Source of the DNA: Callorhinchus milii
Taxonomy: Eukaryota
NCBI RefSeq assembly: GCF_018977255.1
Contig: NW_024704742.1
Coordinates: 36,706,001 to 36,770,000 of the forward strand
Length of the DNA stretch: 64,000 bases
Direction: 5' to 3'
In this document: positions 1 to 10,645 of the stretch, piece by piece
Layout of the letters: each line of letters begins with the position of its first letter
Numbering within the stretch: the stretch's first letter is position 1
Notes under the pieces: generated by a model
Told to the model about the DNA's origin: nothing
Seen by the model: the letters and a program-made list of their open reading frames with translations, nothing else
Databases searched by the model: none
Translations under genes and position numbers: made by a program

Positions 1-1005
1 AATCACGCTAACCATGAATGGCTGGGAAGGAGAGAGGTAATGTGAAACAATTATTTCCAGTCTCTGCTTTTTGCTGCAGGCAATTCGATGGTACTTAGCT
101 GGCAACATATTGTTTTTACAACTTGTGAGGCTACAGAAACTATAAGAAAATGTGTACGTTTGGTGAATTTTGACAAAGGTGTTGATACATCTACTATGGG
201 CTGAGTTTTCCTCTTTTACATCTTGCAATGTGTAACCTTTTCAGATATGTGGGTCTTTGGGGATTTCGTATTGGAAACATGCTAGTAGATAAAGGTTAAT
301 TGACCATTTAGTGTTTTTTCTGATCTGCTTGTACCTGAAACTGCATAATATTCCAAACATTGGCTTGTTTGTGAAAGGCACTATGTAACATCTCCTCATG
401 TTGCATTTCACAATTTAAAACAAAACATCTTTGAAAGTACATATCATCAAACAAGATGCTTTAAAGTAAGATTTTTACTGGCAATTGTTGTTCTTTGCAA
501 CTTTCTCCTTTATGTAAAGACAGCAGCTTTGGGCACTGACTCAGGGTTGTGCAAAGCTACTTTAGGACAGACTCCAGGAAGTATTTCCAGGAAGAATGGT
601 ACAGCCTGAACTCTTCTCTCTTAAGAAGCAGGTCAGTACTCTAATGGGAGGATGGTAGGTTGGCGATTTTCGAAGGGTGAATTTGAATAAATGAAGGTCC
701 TTCTTGTTTTTAACCTCTCTTGTGATCTTATGAATTCATTTGATGTTTGAAATATGTCACAAGGCGAGTCTTATTTTTTTCTATCGTATAATCTTTTTCT
801 TACAATCCATTCTTCAGGCTTGGAGTGTTCCTACCATTGAATTTTATTGAATCATACACATGCTCAATTAACTGCCCTTTCATTTATTAGGAGTGTCCCC
901 GGGAAAAATGAATGGTTTAAATTTGACAATTTAAAACAAAACATGTATTTAGTTTCTGTTGATTTCTGATCAGTATAATGTGGGCCTTATATTTTTGTCC
1001 AGAAA

Positions 1006-1323
1006 ATAATATTAATAATCATAATCCTTGCATTTGATGTAGAGCGCCTTATCACATCTTTGAGACATCTCAAAGCCTTTCACAGAATATATTGTAAAGT
1101 GAATTGACTGTATAATTGTGGGAAAAACGCGGCAGTCAATTGTACACAGCAGTGCCCCACAAACAGTTATGGATTGGTGACCAATTTATTATTGTTTTTT
1201 TTCTTGAGAGATTATTATCAAGCGTGTGAAGTAAGGAAACTTGTCCAAGGTTTTGCCTTGTCAGGAATCGAACCCAGGTCTCTCGCTTGCGAGGCGAGTG
1301 CTCTAACTGAGCATCAGAACTCC
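1006..1323 (-). mobile_element. tRNA-Ala-derived SINE, short subtype
   Basis: Reverse complement of the copy at 7592-7910: tRNA-like head, Deu-like body, L2-type stem-loop tail, (ATT)n end. Confidence 0.9.
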
Positions 1324-2199
1324 ACTGTACAAACATGTAACTGAAATAGCCTTGCTTCCCTTGCTTCCCTTTTCTGCTAAACAGTTCTATTGTGAAATGT
1401 GCAGAATTGTAGCCAGAAAACATTTTAGGCAAGAGTGTAGTATTAACGTATCTTCATTTTTTGATTCCCTTTCAGTATTTGCTTCTTAGAATTTTTAATA
1501 GTAATTGGAGGCTACATTAGTTCATCGAACAGCATCTTTTGTTGAAATTGTGAAAACTGTAAGGTAAACAGACGTAAGCATATCACGATATGACAGCAAC
1601 TTGCATTTATATAGGTCTTTTCACATAATAGGTCTCCAAATAATGTGAAATGGGATACAGGGAAAGGGCAGGTAAATGAGATTGAAAGGATCTCACTCTT
1701 TAAAAGATCTAACAAAGACACAAAGGGCTGAATGGTCTTCTTCTGAGCTATAAGGTTCTGTGGTTGAAAGCTTTCACAAGCAGAATTGAGCTTGAAACTT
1801 GATGAAATAAATGAAGCTTGATTATGTTTGGGGACTGAGCAGGAGAGTGACATTAGAGGTTAGATGGTTTGTGTGGCGAGAACCACTAGCCTAGACTTGA
1901 TCGTCTAAATGACTTTTTTCTATGCTGCAACCTTACATAATTATTTGAAGTCACCTATACATTTGTTGGCAGTAGTGGAATGAAAATAATGAAGCAGAAT
2001 AGGAACCTATAGTTTCTCTGAGATGGAGCTAGTGAATCTGTTGTTTTACGATACAGCATTGCTCTCAGGGTTGACTGTTGGAATCAGAAATATGATATTG
2101 TTTAAGTTCAATTAGCTCATTAGTTCGTATTGGAATGATTTGTAGTTACCATAAGCCTAATTACATTGAGTTGAATTGTAAAATACATATCTAGGTGAT

Positions 2200-2390
2200 C
2201 GTGTATTTGTAAGAAATCATGGCAGTCAATTTGCACACAGTATTGTCCCACAACTCGCCTTGAAGTGAATGACCAATTTTATCTGGAATTTTAGCCTGCA
2301 CACTGGGGGAAACTCTCTTTTCAGATAGTGCCGTAGGATCTTTAAATTCCACCTGAACAGGCAGACTTGGTTTAACATCTCATCAAGGAT
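2200..2390 (-). mobile_element. Old Deu-domain SINE fragment (SacSINE1/AmnSINE1-like)
   Basis: Minus strand reads ...GATGAGATGTTAAACC...CTGTTCAGGTGGAATTTAAAGATCCTACGGCACTAT..., similar to the Deu domain as I recall it and to in-window copies. Confidence 0.7.
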
Positions 2391-2852
2391 ATCATGCAAT
2401 TTGCCTTTACACTTTACACTGATTGATTACAATACCTCTCGTGCATTTGAGGCCTGAAGTTTCTCATGGTCTTAGCATTAAGACAAGTTTGAGACTGTGC
2501 AGATTTTTGGAAAGTTTGTAAAGGATGTCTAAATGATATCTAAATTTAGAAACTGGATTCCTGAAGATATTTGTGATAAACTGGTTTGTGCCAATTCAAA
2601 ACTTAACCTTGTTTTAGAACAATATTAGAAATGTAGACATACGTTTATTTAGAATACTGTAGGAATGGATTGTAATACATACAGTTTTGATAGACACTCT
2701 ATTCTACAATGAGCAATGTTACTAAGAAGTATTAGTACAGTGTCCATCTGTTAATGTACCTGTAAGTTCAATATATGTTTTCTCTGTTAAATTTGCTTTA
2801 GCAATATGGATTTCACAATCAGCAGTTTGCTTTGCGCCTCATGATGATAATA

Positions 2853-2921
2853 AAGCGCTTTGGGACATCCTTCTGACGTGAAAGGCGTTCTATAAATGTA
2901 ATTTTGTTGTTATTGTTGTTG
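2853..2921 (+). mobile_element. Extremely 5'-truncated L2 3' tail
   Basis: AAAGCGCTTTGGGACATCCTTCTGACGTGAAAGGCGTTCTATAAATG followed by (GTT)n. Confidence 0.85.
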
Positions 2922-3842
2922 CAAAGCTGGTCAAAAAAAACCTTGTGGTGCTATTTGGGGGAAGGTTTTATCTCTACTATTTGACTTGATTAGTGTTGCT
3001 AGATTAGAGTATTTTTTGGTATCTTTTTCCATGGAGCTAAAACTGAACACTTACAGACCTTGCAATATATATCGCAGGGATAGAATTAATAAAACAGATT
3101 TTAGGATGATGGCTAATTTCAGGCCAACGGAAAGTCAATACGCAATTTACCAAAAGCTGGAGAATAGGGACCTTGGAGTCTTTGCTTCACAATTTATCAT
3201 CATCATATGGAATTTCAATTGCCTGAGGTATTAAATGTAGTATTAGTTCAAGATATCCAGCACCGGAATTATTGACAGAAATACCAAGAGGAGGTTATCA
3301 AATCCAATACCCTTGGGCATTGCTTTATATTCCTTTTACCCACTATTTTCCCTCTTTCTATGTTTATACAACTTAATACTGTAGCTATTTATTTACACCT
3401 CTTTACGCATGGCTTATTTATGATTGTGGTTGTTCATTGGCCTGATTTCAGACATGAGGCAAGTTTTGTCAATTCTGCTCTAGTCTGGTTTTATTTCTGG
3501 TTCTTGGGTTCCCAGTATCCGTGTCTGGAGATCTGATGTGTTTCACAATGGGGTGGTGTATGATTTCAGTCCTGTTTTTGTAACGACATCTGGAGTTGGG
3601 TGTACGGTTGCTGTGTGTTTGGTCTGAAAAACTGAGAGTTTGTTTTAGTTTTGACTTCTTAAAGTTGTGGTAACCTTTTGTCATCCTGCAGAAATGCTTT
3701 CTTTTTTACCGCTGTAAAATGACATTTGTTCTGTAAAATCCAATCATTGCTGAAAAAATCAATGTATAGTGAATGCAGCAAAATGATTAAGAATCATGTG
3801 ATTTTTGGGGGTAAGTTGGGTAACATGGGAATTTGCCTGTGA

Positions 3843-4130
3843 CTGGAATGGAATATGCAATCTCTCTCCAGAGGGATGCAACCTGCTGATCTAATTTTGA
3901 AGATTATTAGGCGCAAGTTGGCAAGATCCAAAGCTTGGAGACCCCAAAGTGTGCGTTGGAGTACTGCTGGAGTTTAATCACTGTAACCACAGTGTTTTTT
4001 GTCCACCTAAATCCATCCTACCTTTTAGGGCTTTGGCTTGCAGTCTTCACAGACCCCCACCCTCAGGAGGATAGTCACTATATAGAAAAGTTTTGTTTCC
4101 TAAACTATAAATTACGATATTGTGCCTCAG
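3843..4130 (+). repeat. Unclassified old interspersed repeat, copy 1
   Basis: 3843-3975 aligns by eye with 19679-19808(-) and 38871-38962(+). The extension to ~4130 is inferred. Confidence 0.7.
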
Positions 4131-4333
4131 ATAGATAAACTTGCATGCTGAAATAATTTGTTAGTCAGGATAATTAATAAGCTGATGCATCGTGAAAAGT
4201 CCTTTTGTCCAGTTGGCTGTAGTCTGGATTAAGATTTTAATTCTATTTGGAAAGTGGAAAACCCCAAATCGGCAGATAAATGCTGGTTAAAACAGACCTT
4301 TTTTTGCAGACATAGGTGTGACAAACAGCAAAA

Positions 4334-4448
4334 GAAATTTTGTTCTGGGGCAAGCCGAGTGCTTATTTCTACAGATGTTTGGGCCAGAGGACTGGATGTT
4401 CCTCAAGTGTCACTGATCATAAACTATGATTTACCAAATAACAGAGAT
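4334..4448 (+). pseudogene. EIF4A3: Processed internal fragment of eIF4A-III (DDX48) mRNA
   Basis: Encodes (K)[36 protein letters not shown] versus eIF4A3 [39 protein letters not shown]; the VWARGLD motif V is diagnostic of eIF4A3. Flanked by the direct repeat ACAGCAAAA. No splice donor at the 3' end. Confidence 0.9.
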
Positions 4449-4535
4449 ACAGCAAAACCAATACAATACTTTCAACCAGTAGCAAGTCTGACTATTCTTG
4501 TTCCCTTTCGTAAGATTAAACACTGCTGCATTTCT

Positions 4536-5254
4536 ACTATCCGCGCCACAACTGGCACCGCCTTCCATCACCTCCGAAACATCGCCAGACTACGGCACTA
4601 CCTCACCCCTCACGCTGCTGAAACTCTGGTCCACACCTTTATCACCTCAAGGCTGGACTATGGGAACTCTCTCCTCGCCGGCCTTCCCGCACCTCCCTCC
4701 ACAAGCTGCAGGTCATTCAGAACTCTGCAGCTCGTGTACTGTCCCGCACCAGGCTTCGCGACCACATCACTCCCACCCTCGCTCGCCTCCACTGGCTCCC
4801 CATCCCCCAGAGGACCGAATTCAAGATCCTCATCCTCACCTACAAGAACATTCACGGCCTTGCTCCCTCCTACCTCTCCGACCTACTATCCCCCTACCTA
4901 CCTGCCCGTACCCTCCATTCCTCTGGCTCCGGTCTGCTCCACATCCCCCGCCCCAACTGCCCTACCATCGGTGGCCGGGCCTTCAGCCTCTCAGCCCCTA
5001 GGCTCTGGAACTCCATCCCCCAGTGCCTTCGCTGCCTCCTCCCTTTCCTCCTTCAAGGCCGACCTCAAGACCTTTCTCTTTGACCGCGCCTTCAGCTCCC
5101 CTCTTGACTCTCTACCCCCTCCTCGCTCCCTCCCTTCCCTCCCCTCACCCTGACCATTTCCCCCCTGCTTGGGTTCTGACCCAACTGTCCAGAGCCTTGG
5201 GACGTCCTCCCGATGTGAAAGGCGCTCTATAAATGAAATGTTGTTGTTGTTATT
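4536..5254 (+). mobile_element. L2-clade LINE (family A), 5'-truncated
   Basis: ORF2 C-terminus [41 protein letters not shown], 3' stem-loop and (GTT)n tail. Confidence 0.95.
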
Positions 5255-5860
5255 GTAAACTGGAGTTTCAGTCTCTCATTTTCTAGGGGAATATTCCACT
5301 TTAATTGAATTGAACCCCAAACTCTTTGCTAACAGTCAGAGAGACTACACTTAAACAATCCAATCTTATTCAAAAAATGAACGCTTTTTCTAACCAGTGA
5401 TCAAGCTGTTATCTGTATTTAAATTAAATATTTAAGGGATTCTTAGGACAGGAAATTTCATACACAGCAAAACAGATTAGACTTAAACAAGCAACATAAT
5501 TAACATTTAATACATTAAAGGCACAACGTTTTTTTAAATTATAGGCCGTGCCTTCAGTCATCTTCCCTCTCCATCTTCTTTGCCCTCCCCCCTCTCTGAT
5601 CCCAATCTGCAGCTTGGATGAAAAATCCTTATTGTCTTTGTTGTTGTTGAAAGATGAACTTGGTCAAAAGGAGAGTACAGCAGCTTAAAATATTTCAGAA
5701 AGAAAGCAAATGATTACAATCCAACACCGACTCCACACAATTGGGGTTTGGTGCAACTAGATTTTCACTAGTTCATTAATTCCTTCGCCCACAAAACACA
5801 CAGTCACTACACTCTATAATATTCTCTATTCTCTATTAACACTCTATTTCTATAATATTA

Positions 5861-6232
5861 GGGAGTCCTGTAGCTCAGTGGTCAGAGCACTCACAAGTGA
5901 GAGATCTGGGTTCTATTCCTGGCAGGCGAAATGTTGGGAAAGTTTCCTTACTCCACATGCCTCTGTTTACTTAGCAGTAAGTAGCAACCTGGTTGTTATT
6001 TGATTGGTAGGTCACCTTTCCAGGGATAATAATCCCTCAAGAAAAAAAAACACAATAATAATTTGGTCACTCAATCCACGGCTGTTTGTGGGACACTGTT
6101 GTGCACAATTGGCTGCTGCTTTTCGCCCACAAATATACCATCAATTCACTTTACTGTATAGTCTGTGAAGCGCTTTGAGGCATCTAGAAGATGTGAAAAG
6201 CGCTATATCAAATGCAAGGATGATTATTATTA
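5861..6232 (+). mobile_element. tRNA-Ala-derived SINE, long subtype
   Basis: GGGAGTCCTGTAGCTCAGTGG head, extra segment CTCTGTTTACTTAGCAGTAAGTAG..., L2-type tail. Confidence 0.92.
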
Positions 6233-6334
6233 ACAGTTTGTCACTGCCTCAGTGTTTGTTGAAAAGTTACCTTTTGTTCTATTGAGACAGGAGTCTCAGA
6301 TCTGCCATTATCACTTAATGCTGCATTTAAGCCA

Positions 6335-7327
6335 CTCAGGGCAAAACCAATCCACTATCAGAAGCACAGTGATGTGCAGCAGAAATCTGGTTTATATTTT
6401 CAGCCCCATATCACATTGTTGCTATTAAAAACTAATCCTTTATTGTGAAGTTGTAACATGCAGAACACCCAGATAAGGGTTAGGTTTTAATAATAGGGGT
6501 CTAAAAGTGCTGCACCTTTGTCACTCCTGTTTGAATTCTCTTTGCGTGTCGGGAATGGAATTTGTACTCTCTCCCTGGAGAGACCAATCAAAACCGCATC
6601 AACTTGCCATTGTGAGAACTGCTTGGCAAGGTTCCCACTGCTTGTCCAGTTAGGACCACATTACCAGCTAGTGCTTTGCCTTGCAAGGGTAACAGGAGCT
6701 AAGTGGGAACAATTTTAACCCGCGGGGACCAGTGTAGCCCTCCAAGTTGTGTCACTAAGCCAGGCTTGCCAGGCTGTCATCAGCAGTGCCTTGGACTAGT
6801 GTGGACCACTACTGGACTACCGGGACCATCACTGAGGGTTGACTTGATTCCAACATTCGGTTACCAAGCACATCATCTTGGAGTCAGCTCAGCCCCAAGG
6901 AGACCACACTTACTTCTCCAACACAGTGTGTGGGATGTCCTGATCCAAGTTTAACTTATCTATGGTAAAGTACAGAAATTAAACCAGTGGTCCTGTGGTG
7001 GGGCTTTTTCCTGACATCTGGATTGGTTTAGGTCTTATTTCCTTGTAGAAGTTGTTACTTCATCTTGTGCCATATGTGTGAAATGTTTAGACCCCACTAT
7101 CATTAAAATCTAGCCCTGATTTTGGGTGTTCTGCATGTACAATTCCACAATCAGGTGCGAGTTTTTTAATCACACCAATGCGGTGCGATGTGACATGGTG
7201 TGGGAAGTGTAACATTTATAAAAGTTATAAAAGTATAAACACTGCAGCCAATTGCATTTATAAAATTTTGTAAAATTGTGATGCTGCACATCACAATTTT
7301 AGGGCAGTGAAGTGGCCTTGCTCTGAG
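6335..7327. mobile_element. Fold-back / palindromic non-autonomous DNA element (outer inverted repeat)
   Basis: 6335-6470 is an imperfect reverse complement of 7124-7327, including exact GTGATGTGCAGCA (6369-6381 / 7282-7294) and CATGCAGAACACCC matches. Confidence 0.7.
6477..7116. mobile_element. Non-autonomous DNA transposon (MITE), possibly PIF/Harbinger-like
   Basis: ~32-bp imperfect TIRs: GGGTTAGGTTTTAATAATAGGGGTCTAAA versus reverse complement GGGCTAGATTTTAATGATAGTGGGGTCTAAA. Flanks are TAA and TGA (TNA-like 3-bp site). Confidence 0.6.
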
Positions 7328-7591
7328 CAGCATAGATACAACATAGAGCTATGGCAGGTCTAAAGAAATTCCTTTCTGAATTGCCAACAGTTCACCCACA
7401 AATACAGTCATTACACTTCACAGAAAATGTATGAAGTGCTTTGAAACTTTTGAGTTCTTATAGGCACTATACCAAATATAAGGATTATTACTATTTTTAG
7501 GCCTGTTTTGCCAAGCCTTACACCAATAGCATTTTATTACCTGTACAGGACTGAATGCATTGCTCTTTCAAAGAGTCAGCACAGTCATGAT

Positions 7592-7910
7592 GGAGTCCTG
7601 TAGCTCAGTGGTTAGAGCACTCGCCTTGCAAGCGAGACACCTGGGTTCAATTCCAGGCAGGGTGAAACCTTGGGCAAGTTTCCTTACTCCATACGCCTAA
7701 TAATAATCCCTCCAAAACAAAACAATAATGAATTGGTCATTTTCAATCCACGACTGTTTGTGGGACACTGCAGTGCGCAATTGGCTGCCGCGTTTCACCC
7801 ACAAATATACAGTCAATTCACTTTACAATATATTCTGTGAAGCGCATTGAGACGTCTAGAAGACGTGAAAAGCGCTATATCAAATGCAAGGATTATTATT
7901 AGTATTATTA
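7592..7910 (+). mobile_element. tRNA-Ala-derived SINE, short subtype, near full length
   Basis: A box TAGCTCAGTGG, anticodon arm CTCGC-CTTGCAA-GCGAG (TGC = Ala), B box GGTTCAATTCC, L2-type tail, (ATT)n. Confidence 0.95.
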
Positions 7911-7964
7911 AATGGTCTTCCTCTGTGCTGTCAATTTCTGTGGTTCTATGTTACAATACAAAAC

Positions 7965-8022
7965 ACAGAATTACATTTGTACAGCGCCTTTCACGTCGAG
8001 AGGACGTCCCAAAGCGCTATAC
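7965..8022 (-). mobile_element. Extremely 5'-truncated L2 3' tail
   Basis: Reverse complement of AGCGCTTTGGGACGTCCTCTCGACGTGAAAGGCGCTGTACAAATG. Confidence 0.8.
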
Positions 8023-8115
8023 AAGTGTTCTATGCTTCCTGGCTGTTATTTTATGTTACAGTGCTCCTGACCAAACAAAAGCGACTGTGCCAAACATGTG
8101 AATGTGTCAAATGTA

Positions 8116-8791
8116 ATAGTAATAATAATCCTTGGACTTGATTTAGGACCTTATCACGTCTTCAAGATGTCTCAAAGCGCTTCACAAAATATACTGTAAA
8201 GTGAATTGACTGTATATTCGTGGGTGAAATATGATAGCTGATTGTGCACAGCAGTGTCCCACAAACAGTTGTGGATTGAAGTGACCAATTTATTATTTTA
8301 TTTTTTGAAGGAATCATTACTCCTGGAAAAGGGATCCGCTAATCCAAGTCCTGTAGCTCAGTGGTTAGAGCACTCGCTTTGCAAGCGAGAGACCTGAGTT
8401 CAATTCCAGGCAGGGCGAAACCTTGGGTAAGTTTCCTTACTCCACACGCCTAATAATAATCCCTCCAAAACCAAAAAAACAATAATAAATTGGTCATTTT
8501 CAATCTACGACTGTTTGTGGGACATTGCTGTGCGCAATTGGCTGCCGATTCACTTTACAGTATATTCTGTGAAGCACTTTGGGACGTCTAGAAGATGTGA
8601 AAAGCGCTATATCAAATGCAAGGATTATTATTATTATTATTAATCGACTAACAACCGGATTCCTACTTACTGCTAGGTAAACAGAGGGGTGTGGAGTAAG
8701 GAAACTTGCCCAACGTTTCACCCTGCTGGGAATCAAACCCAGGTCTCTCTCTTGCGAGACAAGTGCTCTAACCACTGAGCTACATGACTCC
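8116..8791 (-). mobile_element. SINE, long subtype, interrupted by a nested SINE
   Basis: Pieces 8116-8344 and 8641-8791 join into one long-subtype SINE; AATGTA on both flanks is a likely TSD. Confidence 0.9.
8345..8640 (+). mobile_element. SINE, short subtype, nested in opposite orientation
   Basis: Full head and tail; TSD TAATC at 8340-8344 and 8641-8645. Confidence 0.92.
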
Positions 8792-8847
8792 AATGTACAT
8801 TGTCACCCGCAGCTGTGTGGGTCCTTTGATAAAGCAACAGCATGACC

Positions 8848-9270
8848 TGGCTCATTTTGTAGCACTCTCACAACAGACGGTTGCAGGTTCAAGCCCCATG
8901 TTCAGACTTTAAACTTGGTCTAACCTGACATTTCTGTGGAGTGCTAGGGGAGCACTGCATTGTCAAAGGTAACGTCCTTCAGATGAGACATTAAACCAAG
9001 GCCCCATCTGCCTGTTCAGGTGTCTAGGCTGACAGACCAGTATAATACTGGGGGAGCACAGCATTGTCGGATGAGACATACACCAAGGTCCTGTCTGGCT
9101 GTTCAGGAAGGTGTTGAAAATCCCATGGTACTATTTGTAAAGAGAAATGTGTATCTCCCAGTGTCCTGCACAACAATCCCCCAAATAAAATTGGTCATTC
9201 ACTTCATGTCTGTTTGTGGAACATTGCTGTGTGCAAATTGGCTGCTGTATTCACCTACAAATATACACCA
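8848..9270 (+). mobile_element. Old Deu-domain SINE with internal tandem duplication
   Basis: tRNA-like head (GGTTCAAGCCCC). The segment GGGGAGCAC.GCATTGTC...GATGAGACAT.AACCAAGG.CC..TCTG.CTGTTCAGG occurs twice (~8925-9021 and ~9027-9107). Confidence 0.8.
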
Positions 9271-9589
9271 TAATAATATAATAATAATCCTTGCATTTGA
9301 TATAGCGCTTTTCACGTCTTCTAGACGTCACAAAGCACTTCACAGAATATGCTGTAAAGTGAATTGACTGTATATTTTTGTGGGCAAAACTCGGCAGCCA
9401 ATTGCGCACAGCAGTGTCCCACAAACAGTTGTGGATTGAAAATGACCAATTTATTATTGTTTTGTTTTGAAGGGATTACTATTAGGCGTGTGGTGTAAGG
9501 AAACTTGCCCAAGGTTTCACCTGCCTGGAATTGAACCCAGGTGTTTCGCTTGCAAAGCGAGTGCTCTAACCACTGAGCTACAGGACTCC
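9271..9589 (-). mobile_element. tRNA-Ala-derived SINE, short subtype
   Basis: Near-identical reverse complement of 7592-7910. Confidence 0.95.
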
Positions 9590-10349
9590 ACATATATTAT
9601 ACAGCCACCGCACTATACAGTAAAATCCTGTGGAGAGCAATGAGACATTCTTTTGATGAGAAAGACTTGATATCAGATCCAAGTGTTATTTTTAACTCAA
9701 GGTACTATCTTCATCACAGGCTTTAGAGATCTGGGAAAAACGAAAACCCTGATCAAGAAGCTGAAGATGAGAGAGATTAAAGTTTGGAGTTTCAATTAAT
9801 AAATGTGAATTGCAGGGGAGAAGTTTAAAGATAATTGAAATGATGATTTATAAACCCTTGAAAAATCATTACACTTGGCAGTGAATGGAGCTCTGCTGTG
9901 TTATATCCCTGTTTCTTCTGCTACTCACAGTTTTATTACATGTGAAGTGAGCCTGGGACTTGAAGCGTGAAGAGGCCTTTCTTCGATTTCTGTTTTGGAA
10001 GTTGTAGCAGAAGAAACATCAATAGATTTCCTGCACTTTTTGTAGCAATTTGTCACTCAACTTTCTCCTATTCCCTTGCTCTATACTACTATGCAAATTC
10101 TGCTGCTTTGCAACCAAATCCCAAATACAATAAAATCATCAAAAACAACACCCAAGGAAAGAGACTAATTTCTGAGGCAAAATTTTTATAAATTTATATA
10201 CAAAAATTAATACAGTGTATAGGACTTTATTAATATTCCAAAAACTAACTAACATATATACACATAACTACTTAAATGAAGGTCCAGTTTTGGAAACAGA
10301 TTGCTGGATTTAAAGTTGAATTCAGAACTCCCACATTGATAATATTCAT

Positions 10350-10645
10350 TGTTGGAAGTACTATCCTTTGGATGAGACGTTAAACCGAAGTCCCATAAAC
10401 CTGATAAGATGGACATTAAAGTTCCAGAGGGATTATCTGAAAAGAGAAGGGAATTTCTCCTGGTCTCCTGGCTAACGATCCTCCAGATTAAAGTGGTCAA
10501 TCACTCCATTTCTGTTTGTTGGATATGGCTGTGACATTGACTGCTGGATTCACCTAAAAAATACAGTCACTGAATTTTATGAGTTACGTGAAGTGCTTTA
10601 TGAAAGATTCAGTATCAAATACAAAGATTATTCTTCTTCTTCTTC
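10350..10645 (+). mobile_element. Old Deu-domain SINE fragment
   Basis: TTTGGATGAGACGTTAAACCGAAG...GGACATTAAAG...CCTGGCTAA..., with a degenerate tail. Confidence 0.7.

Noticed and set aside
4350..4448. Functional EIF4A3 exon
   Set aside because: It ends before ELYIHR with no GT donor, carries substitutions in KEFR, is flanked by direct repeats, and no other EIF4A3 exons are seen in the window.
4254..5153. 299-aa ORF fusing eIF4A3 motif V to L2 ORF2 as a chimeric gene
   Set aside because: It has no ATG start (GTG), runs through unrelated spacer DNA and shifts out of the L2 frame. Stop-poor C-rich L2 sequence explains the length.
7592..7665. tRNA-Ala(TGC) genes at SINE heads
   Set aside because: The acceptor stem is not formed and each copy continues into the SINE body; these are SINE heads.
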